Below, piece after piece: positions 54,414 to 64,000 of a stretch of DNA of 64,000 nucleotides. A program made the position numbers and the translations under genes. The notes under the pieces were generated by a model, which ran no database searches, was not told the DNA's origin, and worked only from the letters and a program-made list of their open reading frames with translations. This stretch comes from Podarcis melisellensis (Eukaryota). Where the stretch lies: assembly GCA_964234715.1 (NCBI GenBank), contig OZ174276.1; one strand, 5' to 3'. Each line of letters starts with the position of its first letter. Position 1 is the first letter of the stretch.

Positions 54414-54758
54414 GGGTGGGTGGCGCTGTGGTCTAAACCACAGAGCCTAGGGCTTGCCAATGAGAAGGTCGGTGGTTCGAATCCCCGTGACGGGGTGAGC
54501 TCCCGTTGTTCGGTCCCAGCTCCTGCCCACCTAGCAGTTCGAAAGCACGTCAAAGTGCAAGTAAATAGGTGGCAGGAAGGTAAACGACGTTTCCGTGTAT
54601 TGCTCTGGTTCGCCAGAAGCAGCTTAGTCATACTGGCCACATGACCCAGAAGCTGTCTGTGGACAAAGCCGGCTCCCTTGGCTTATAGCGCGAGATGAGC
54701 GTGCAACTCCAGAGTCGTCCGCAACTGGACCTAACAGTCAGGGGTACCTTTACCTTTA
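54414..54758 (+). mobile_element. Near full-length Sauria SINE (Squam1/lacertid type)
   Basis: A box tggcgctgtggt, B box ggttcgaatcc, body ctagcagttcgaaagcacgtcaaagtgcaagt, and (ACCTTT)n tail. Confidence 0.9.
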
Positions 54759-56719
54759 GGCACACAGGGGTCTCCACTAAGTTTCTTGTGCTCCATTTGT
54801 CATCCCCCACTGCCAAAGAGAGCAGAGTCTTTTGCACCAAATTCATATGTACAGCAGTTTGCATCTTCCTCCAAAGCAACTTCAGAACCCTGATCAAAAC
54901 TTGGCTGACCTCTTCCTTCCCCTCTGGAATATTGGGTTAAAACAGGCTAAAACAGGGAACACTGCTGAGAATCAGCAGCTGCCTCTGCGCATTTCAGCTG
55001 CAAAACTCTGGGTGGGAAGAGGCTTTGCTGAATGTTTAGAGCAAACACTTCTTTGCTCTTGGCATGGAATCCCATTGAGACAGGGCCAAGGAGGATGGGA
55101 ACTCCAGGCAAACTGCCTCGTAGTGCCAACACTTCCAGCACATTGGTTCAGTTTAGGACACCTGCTACACCACAGGCCAGAGGGAGGCTGCATTCTAATT
55201 GGCTGGTTGTGCATAGCGTTGCTACTATCCCATGGTGACATCTTTGCTCTGAATGCTCTCACCTCGTGACTTCTGACGCCAGTCAACTGGTGTGCCAGAG
55301 ATACACATAGACAACTCCTCTTCCTCTGACCTCATGGAACAAATGAAAAGGAGAACTGAGAGCGGGGAAGAAGAAGCAGCAAGAATGAAGTAAAGGACAA
55401 CCTATTGGGGGGGCATGCAAAGAAATACCTGAAAGCACAAAACAACCCAGCAATATTTTTCCTACTGATCTGTTGAGAGAGATTTAAGAGCTGAACTCTC
55501 CCACTGAATTCAGTGGGAGTTAAAAGCCACTTTATGATGGCTGGATCACTCCCGTAATTGTGCAACAACCAAGCTTCAACAATTCTGGAAATCATCAAAC
55601 AGGTCCTGGTTACTGTTTATGTTTTTAAGAACACATTTTTTAAGGTATTAAATGAATGAGCAGTGAAACCATCAGCAAAATCTGCTTTCTTGGGCATATG
55701 GGTGGATTTCCCCATTACAATATGTGACAGAAAAGCACAGGTGTGTTTGTTTGTGTGTGTAAGAGAGAGACAGAGAGTGAGTGAGCAAGCATGTGTATTA
55801 TGCTTCTACTTTCTGCCATGTGTTGTCTTTGCTGGAAATGGAACTCACACAAAGCTTGCTACACTTTACCGGGTAGAGATGCACAAGCTCCAGATTCCCA
55901 CAAGAGAGAAGCAGCAGCGCCAATCAGTCAGGTATCTGCTTTTATGTCATATAGCATATTGTGTGAAAAAAAGTTTAACATTCCACACGGATTAAAAAAG
56001 GAAGGAGAAAAGTTAAAATAATCACAGTGCAAAACAGGAAGCCTACATTTCCTAGTGGAAGGGTGCTTATGGGAAAGAATTGCTTCAGAGATGATGCAAA
56101 GACAACACAGGCCCCTGGGGAGCTTAAGCTTCCTAATTATTTGTTTTGATTTTACATCACATATCTGCAAGAGATTAGTTCTTGTATTAATTCATTGTAG
56201 TAATAATTACAGGCCTCGGTCTGCATGCATCAAAATAAGTGAGTCGCTCACAGACTACATCCATCCACAGCTGCTAGCTATGTTTTCTGGGGGGGGGGGG
56301 GACTCCTTTGCCTTTAACACCTGCACAACAAGTGCAAATTCAGCATGCAAAGCTGCACAGAAATACAGTAAGGCGGGGGGGATCTTCACCTGTCTGGCTT
56401 CTGCGAGCACACTTCATTTACCAACTACATAGCCTTAAGAAAGTTGATGATGAAATGTAGTTTTTCATCTACCAGCACCAATAAGTGAGGTGCCCGGGAC
56501 CTTTAAAACAACGCAGGACTACTATACTGCTGGGCCCATCCCTTCAGTAAATATGGCTCTATCAACAGCCCTCATCTCCAAAGGAATACCTGCTTTTATA
56601 ACACTCTTGAATTCTTAAGGCATTTTACACCCAGGAAGCAATAACAGAGCATAACCCTGAAAAGAAAGCTCACTCGCCCAGTATGCATGTCACTGCAAGC
56701 CACAGTTAATGGTTTACCA

Positions 56720-57025
56720 TAGGGGTGAGGAACCTCAGGCCTGGGGGCTAAATGAAGCCCTTCAGGCATCTCCATCTATCCCTTCCAACTCTCTCCAGTC
56801 CCCCCACCCCAAGTGTTTCTTTCTGGCTGGAATGTGTCCTTGAACTCTGGCAATGCCTCTTGCTTTTCTAGGCAGAGAACAGAGGTGTGTGGAGAAATTA
56901 GTATACTGTAAAAGGTAAAATGTACACTCATTGCTCTGCCTGCTTTTGCTCTGGCCCCACTGACCCCTGGCACACGGCCCCCAGAAGATTACCCAGAAGG
57001 ATACGTGGCCCTTTGGCTAAAAGCA
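56720..57025. mobile_element. Degenerate hAT-like non-autonomous element
   Basis: 5' aggggtgaggaacctcaggcctggggg and 3' tggccctttggctaaaa resemble the Charlie-like MITE ends elsewhere in the window. No TSD found. Confidence 0.45.
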
Positions 57026-57435
57026 TGAATGCAGAGATCACTCATTTCATTCCTCTCCTAGTGAGAGTGGCAAATCATGACCCTTGGCTTACTGCTACAT
57101 CTGAACTGGGGATCATGGTTGGTTTCACTCAAACTACAATGAGGAAGCCAAGAACAAACCTTGGCTTCATATCGTAGCTTATCTGGAGTGACGCAAACTG
57201 CAATACCCAGCTTGGATGTAGCGTCAAGTCAGGAATCGTGGCCTTCCCTCTGTCTCGGTAAGTGGCAGTGACTTGGCACATTCAGAAGGTGGGAGAACAG
57301 TGCAGCCCCACTGGTTGCTAATGGCTCATGGTAAACCATTAACTCTGATTTGTTGTGATGTGCAGATTCAGTCAGTGTGCCTGAATTCACCACAAGGCAC
57401 CCCTGAACTCCCCACCGGCTTGCAGTCTGGGGTTT

Positions 57436-57583
57436 TCATAGAAGCATAGAATCATGCTTCTATGGAAGGAATCCTAAGGATCATGTAGTCCAACTCCCTG
57501 CCATGCAGGAATATGCAGCTGCTCCATACAGGGATTGAACCTGCAACCTTGGCGGTATCAGCACCCACACTCTTAACCAGCAG
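57436..57583 (-). mobile_element. tRNA-Ile-derived SINE with CR1-type tail
   Basis: Minus strand ctggttaagagtgtgggtgctgataccgccaaggttgcaggttcaatccctgta resembles tRNA-Ile(AAT). Tail gattctatgcttctatga. Confidence 0.75.
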
Positions 57584-60555
57584 CGTTTGCTTGTTCCCTT
57601 TCTTTGTAATGCAATGAAGCGGGTGGTATTATTTAAAAGACTGATCTTCAAAATATTAATCACTTAGCACATTTTAATCAACCACTTGCTTTAGTGAAAG
57701 GAGTGGAAAGGCATAGAAACGAAAGAATTATTTCCACACTTCCATTTTTTTTAAAAAAATCTGCAGATGGGTGAATGCTAATCACCTTAGGTTATCATCA
57801 GTCATATTAGGTACCTTGGTATGCCTGTGACAAAATGGGTAATTCTGTACAGGAAATAAAGCCAAGGGAGTTAAGGAGAGGAAAACAGAGGAATACTAAT
57901 CCAGAATAAAAGATACTCATGAAATCAGCACAAGACTGAATATAGAGGGTGGGGAGGGCATCCCTGTAGCTGGACACATGGCCAGCACTTCTTACAAACC
58001 CTGAGCACCAGAGGGGGAATACAGGGTTAGACATTGGGATTGGGGAGGGGACCTTTTACCTCTTACAGTTGGTAGCAGACCACTGAGCTTTGAAAGCATC
58101 ATATATGCCAGCCAACATTGGCAGGGAGACAAGAGGCTAAAATAAGTGCTGGCAAGAGGAGTCCCTGGATCTTCAGCAACTCAGGATTCTGAAAGCACAG
58201 GGAAGGAGAGGAGGGCAGAGGAACAACCTTTTGGCTCTCATGAATGACAATGAAAATATGTGGTGCTGCCAGCACCACCTCAGCTGCCCCATCTCCATAG
58301 GGAAGGATCTCATTGTGATGTGTGCAGGATCTTGCTCCCGACTGCAACAAATACTCCAGAGGCCCTCCCTTTTCCAAGCAGCAGCAGCAGAAACACACAA
58401 TATTCACCCGACTCTGAAGGCTGGTTTGGAAGAAGGCTCCCAAGTATAAATAATACTTTGCAGAGCTGGCAAATTCAGACTACAGTGGAAACCAGGCTGT
58501 AATCAGCAGAACAGCTGTGGATCCTTCACATCTCGTCTGGCACCTTCCCTCCTTCCTCACAGCAAAGAAACAGCCACGCATGCTCCAAAAACTCTCCCAC
58601 GGTTGCAAATAAACATCCTGGGACACTCAGGGATCCAGATGTCTTGAGAGGGAAGGCGGCAGTGCAGGGCCTGGGGAGAGCAAACGGAGCAGGTGGGAAG
58701 CGTGTGTTTGTTTACTTGTATGCAAAAGCACCACACTCCCACTGCGATTCTGCAGTTATAACCATCCTGTGACCTGATCCACACTAACGACTGACCTCTG
58801 CAGAGTCACTCATTTGATGCTAATTATTCTATGGGTAAACAGGCAGCGATTCCAAATATGGCGCAGGGGGTTTGGGCACACGTTCTCCCGCCCTGAAAGC
58901 AAACGCCCAAGAACTCAACAAATGTGCATCAAAAACCATTTCTCCCACATATTTGTGTTCACACTAGAGGGTGCAGTATGGGGTGTGATGGAATTTGGGC
59001 CTCACCAAGAGGGGTCTCAGTTCTGCCCGAAACAGAGCCTGACCTTCTTTTATTTCAGATGTTGACATTTCAAGGCTGAAATATGAAGACAAGTTATTTT
59101 CCTCCTCAGCTGAAATGAAACCCCCTTAGAGACCCCGTTATACAGAACTGCTTGAGCTCAAATTGACCCCTTTGCAGTGACTTAAGCAGCCTTTTACCCT
59201 GGAGTTCATGCTGGTTTCACACTACCAGTTTGTTTCAGGCATAGGTCAACTCAGGGGGAGGAGGTGGTGCTTTGGAAAGGTTCTCTCTAGGCTACAGACT
59301 TCCTGCTGGGCAACACACTTCTGCACTGCTTGGGGCTCATATCGTGGCTCCATTAGGCAGCAACATGTCTACTTCCATGCCACTTGTAACCTGTTATCCA
59401 GGCTGAATAATAATAATATATTTTTAAAATCTCTATCTTTTGAAAAGCAACAAAATATTTTTTGGAGTGGGGCAGGGAATCAACATTACATCATCTATTT
59501 TAAAACAAAATGACCTGAGTCTGAATGAGATACAGTCTAACATGTTGAAGCCCACATTTGCAAGTTTCTCAAAACTGAAACATGACTATCAAACAAAATG
59601 AGTTAAAGGCCCAGATTACATCACTCGTCTTCTGAGACATTATGAAAGATACAATAATGTTGAAATCCTGAACACCCTGACCTAGAGAGTAAGTTCCGAT
59701 GCAATTTGCTTCTGAATAGTAATGAAAAGAATTGCACAATAAGATTTGCATTGTGTTTATTGTTTGTGAGCTGGCCTCAGAGGTGCCAGGATCTGAATGC
59801 CATCCTATCACCAGGATCATGGGAACCAGTTTGGCACAATGGTTCAGATCCCCACCCAGCCATGGACTTATGCAGTAGGTGATCTTGGGTCAGTCTGCCT
59901 AACCTGCCTCACAGAGTTGTTGTGAGGATTATGCTGCCTTGGTCTCCTGAAGGAAAAGGTAGGATATAAATGCAACAGATAAAAAAGAAATCATTAAGCC
60001 TAGATCGCTTACCTTATATGCCTAGCTTAAGCCCTCCAACTACCTGAGTTATGCAATGTGCTCAAGTTCTCAAATGATGCATGAATATTTATGACTCTAT
60101 TAACCAAACAGCACAGACATCTACTTTCCATCTTATGGAGAAACTTCTTTTCTTTTTTCTCGGCCAATCCCTGGCACCTCCAGTTAAAAGGATCAGGCAG
60201 CAGATGGGAAGAGCCAATGCCACTCAGAGCAGGCCAGGTTGGGGAACCAGCCCTCCAAATGTGTTCAGCCTCCAGCTGCAATCAGCCCCAGCCAGTGCGT
60301 CAAATGGGATGATAGCAGCTGTAGTCCAGCCACATCTGCAAGGCCACACGCTTCCCACCCTTTCCTAGATAAGGAAATTGTCTGACTTGGTATCAGGCAG
60401 CTTCCTACATTCCTAAGGCCAGAAGAAATATGTGTGTTGGGGAAATGTAACTGGAGTATATGGAGCAGTCAGTCTCTGAAGCTGGAGCCTTCTGCCTGAA
60501 CATTTCCTCAAAGTTATGGTTGCATCTGCACTCTCTGCCCAAACACAGCAAGACG

Positions 60556-60730
60556 AGAAAAGGAAGAAGAAGAGGAGTTTGGATTTGATATCCCACCTTT
60601 CACTCCCTTTAAGGAGTCTCAAAGCGGCTAACATCCTCCTTTCCCTTCCTCCCCCACAACAAACACTCTGTGAGGTGAGTGGGGCTGAGCTGAGAGACTT
60701 CAAAGAAGTGTGATTGGCCCAAGGTCACCC
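60556..60730 (-). mobile_element. 5'-truncated Squam3-like (Ther1/MIR-derived) SINE
   Basis: gaagaagaggagtttggatttgatatccc...ggagtctcaaagcggctaac...cacaacaaacactctgtgaggtgagtggggctgag...cccaaggtcaccc matches a recalled lacertid consensus. Confidence 0.75.
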
Positions 60731-61037
60731 TTGGGAAGGAAAAGTTTGGAGGCATGGTATCTTATTATTGACATAGAAAACCTAGCACTGATTCTACTGT
60801 CCAGGTTGTGCAGATTCTAGGATGCCAGCAACACAACAGATAATTGTGGATTGCAGTGCAGACCTTGAAGCTTGGAGGCACAATGGATGTGCAATGAATG
60901 GTAGCACAACATAAGCCACATAGATTGGTCATGTATCTCTGTCCAGATAAAATTATATGGTGTTGTACTTTTGGTCTCTCATAAGCATGGCCATTCCAAA
61001 CACAAGAAACACCCCTGGCCCTCCTTATTCTCAGGGA

Positions 61038-61281
61038 AAGGGGCCATAACTCGGTGGTAGAAGCCATAGGTTCATTTCTTGGCATCTCCAGGTACAGCTG
61101 GGAAAGACCTATGTCTGGAATGCTGAAAAGTGACTGCCGGTCAGTCTAGAGTAAATAATATTGCGATTATTGTGAGCCGCTTTGCGCTCAACAATTGCTG
61201 GAAAAGTGGTACACAAAACATCGTATCAAATCAAGTATCAAATAATACAGACTCAGTATAAGGCAGCTTCCTATATTCTTA
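61038..61281 (+). mobile_element. tRNA-derived SINE interrupted by an L2-like 3' fragment (61161-61239)
   Basis: SINE head gggccataactcggtggtaga and tail gactcagtataaggcagcttcctat. The insert is bounded by AAATAATA at 61153-60 and 61240-47. Confidence 0.8.
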
Positions 61282-64000
61282 GATTTCTTAACCGGCTGCT
61301 TGATTTTCCAGTAACTGCTGGATTGTGCATAAAATTCTAAACACAGATTTGCCAAAGAAGAATACCTCAGCCCTTATTCCTAGTCTATGCTGATATCACA
61401 TGAACCATTGGGTCATTTCCCCAGTTTGTGACCCTATAAAAAGACGATCTCCTGGCCCAATCTCAGTTGTCCCAGTGCAAATTAGTTAATGGCTGTGAGC
61501 GGGGATTTGCTACTGTAAAAACACTTCCACTTTGTGAAGCTGAGACGCCAATGAAGCAGCCAGTTGGCATTCATCTTCAAGTGCTGGCAAAGGCAAGCTT
61601 ATATCAATAAAAAAGGAATCCTCTCTCTTCCTTGCTGGTCTCCATCCATACCCCAAGAGACCTGCACAACTACACTATTGATAAACATTTGTCAGGGGCC
61701 ATTTCCTCTCCTACTTGATTTTATTTCTGTTTGAACTGGATGGGATAGCCTTAGATTCAGGCTCTGGAAAGAAGGAATGGGTGCCAGGGCACAGAGCAGT
61801 CAGGACAACCAAAGAAGGAAAGGAGCAGGACAGAGGAGATTATTGGGCTTCCTAAGGCAAGCAGCCCATACTGTAAAAGGAAAGGGAAACAAGACTGAAC
61901 GGCTCAGCTCTGGCTGTGTTAAAATGGCTGTGAATCTGCAAGCAGGGAATGAGAGACAGAAAGAGAGAGAGGAGGGCAAAGGGAGACCAAACATTTTGGA
62001 CAGGTCCTGGGACAACCAGAGGGGCCATTTGTAAGGATGAATAAATAGTTACTAGGACCACCCCTCATCCCAACCACTCTTTGAAGAGAACCTGTGAGTT
62101 CTAATTTATCTACAAAACAAGGAAGACTCAAGGAACGGTCCCAGACAACATTCAAAATCTCTGCATCATTCAACACTTGGAGCAGTCTCCAAGGAATCAT
62201 CACTGCCCACCTGACAGATTCAGACTGGGAGCAGGGCCCAGGGCCATGCATGAAAAAGAGGAAACTGAGTATTTGTGCCATAGGATGCAAATGGGGAAGA
62301 AGTGAGGATACTTGATCCACCCAGTGCTCCAAAAGGAGAGAGTTGGCAGGCTGAGGGAAGGGAGGCAAAGGCCAACTACTCTTGCAAAATCAGTGCATAC
62401 ACTCAAATCAGCGCCACACTGACTTAACTTCAGATGTATATGGGATAAGCAAAAGCATAATCTTTCATTCACTGTTTTCAAATTCTCAGCAACTCTTACT
62501 GAGTGCCAAGATGTCAGTCATGGGAGGAACAGCAACCAGTACAAGGAAGATAGTCTCCCTATATGCAAATCTTTCACCTTTAGTCTGCATTAACCTGCCT
62601 TTCAAATTCTGCAATGGCTTTTGAGTTCCTGCTTGATTCTACAGAGCTAAGAGCAGCAGGTTCGAGGTGAAAGTTCAGGAGTTTTGCATTGTTATGCACA
62701 GTGGTAATATTTTACTAGGTTGTAACACGGCAGCAAATGGCCTCACGTGATTAGCTTGTTCAGTGCCTGTCTGACCTTGTCCCTGCCCGCCCTCACTCAT
62801 TCATATATACACACCCAAACTTCCAAACATTTCCAGTGAGAAGGAAATGGGAAAGGAGAGGAAACTGGTAGAACTACTTTTTACTAAGCCATAGCTCCAG
62901 AGAGACTTCATTTTGTTCACTGCCTGCTCTGTCTGCCCTGCTACCATCAAGCAGAAGATAAATCTCCTACAGTTACGCTGGAAAAGATTTATACAATGCA
63001 ACAAATGAGTGAGTTGCAAAAGCTCAAATTAAAATCTCAGCAATTCCACCTGCTCCTTGTATATTAAAGATCTGCGATATACATGACAAGTACTATTCAA
63101 ATTGCCAGTTTTTCCATAGAATACTTCCTGTGCCTTTTAGCAGCTGTATGACAGGCAGGAGCTACACAGGTGAAGGTTTTCTCACTGTTGTGCAGAAACT
63201 ACCAGTTGGATTTCTGCATGACATGCAACTGGTCAGGAAAAAACATAGCAATCGAGCGCCAAACAAGAACAATCCCTCAGACCCATTCAACTTTTTTATT
63301 AGCCAGAGAAGGTGGCATCCCATCCAACATATAATTAGGTAGGGCCATGCTTCATTTAACACGAAGCCCATAATCTCTAGCTCAGTCTAATATCCTGTCT
63401 TCCACTATGCTACAGCTGGCCAATGGTCAGGCAAATCAACATCAGAGATAACAAGGGTTCTAGATTTGATGTCAAATCCAAGATCAGTTAGAGCTATGGG
63501 CTAAAATGGGGCATGTGGAACAAACAATAAACACCATCTTAACCAACAGATGTAAAGGAAACTATACAATAACTGTCTTCCACTGCTACCAATGGAAAGG
63601 TTGGGTACAAAGGGTTAAAATGCCACTGTGTAGACCTGGCTGAAAGGTGTGAAAATATTACCATCTTAACTAGTGGAAATGTTGCTAGGAAAATTATGAG
63701 ATCTCAGGACAAGTTTAAATGACAGAAAGAATGGAGGAGCATATGTCTGGAATGATTGATATCCAACAGGTCCTGTCACAATGCAATAGGGATGAGACAT
63801 GTTGCCTGTTCCTGTGCAAGGTGACTCAGAATTAAGTCCCACTAAGTTGAATGAGACTGCTTCCTGAGTAAGTACAGACAGGATTGCAGCATGACCATGC
63901 AGTCTTTACCCACCAATAACAACATAAGCTTGCCACAGATTTAAATAGGGTTATGATTACTGTGCTGGTGAGCTGATGGGCTATTTAGTTCTGTACATCA

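Larger units (their letters stand above)
12923..64000 (-). other. PPARGC1B: PPARGC1B intron 1 (3' part, >51 kb); exon 1 lies beyond the window
   Basis: No MAGNDCGALLDEELSSF-like exon 1 seen upstream of exon 2 by eye. A very long first intron is known for mammalian PPARGC1B. Confidence 0.8.

Noticed and set aside
60719-60727. CCAAGGTCA nuclear-receptor site
   Set aside because: Part of the Squam3/MIR-like consensus, with no independent support.
12923-64000. miR-378 hairpin, hosted in mammalian PPARGC1B intron 1
   Set aside because: No full mature-sequence match seen by eye. Only short wrong-strand partial matches were found (ACTGGACT near 38002; GGAGTCAGAAG near 4518, in intron 2). In mammals the miRNA lies close to exon 1, which is outside this window.
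1-64000. CRISPR arrays, operons, transposase or reverse-transcriptase ORFs, other novel multi-gene system
   Set aside because: Vertebrate intronic DNA. No regularly spaced repeats and no long ORFs; all elements seen are short non-autonomous relics.

Overview
Vertebrate nuclear DNA, not prokaryotic. The repeat content (Sauria/Squam1-type SINE, Squam3-like SINE, BovB tail) points to a squamate, probably a lacertid lizard. The whole window lies inside the minus-strand gene PPARGC1B (PGC-1beta). Three coding exons are present with canonical AG/GT ends: exon 2 (12749-12922), exon 3 (4296-4508) and exon 4 (462-578). The rest is intron: introns 2-3, the start of intron 4, and >51 kb of intron 1; exon 1 was not found in the window. 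The introns hold many short transposon relics (hAT and Tc1/pogo-type MITEs with readable TIRs/TSDs, tRNA-derived SINEs, MIR, L2, BovB and Penelope tails), microsatellites, one 172-N gap and several candidate enhancer-like motif clusters. Apart from the three exon-containing ORFs, I treat the ORF track as intronic noise. I do not see a convincing new biological system. The best leads are modest: a MITE carrying NRF1 and CTCF motifs inside an NRF1 coactivator gene, a possibly skippable LXXLL exon, modular and nested SINE structures, and putative intronic enhancers. All family and orthology calls come from recalled sequences, not searches.
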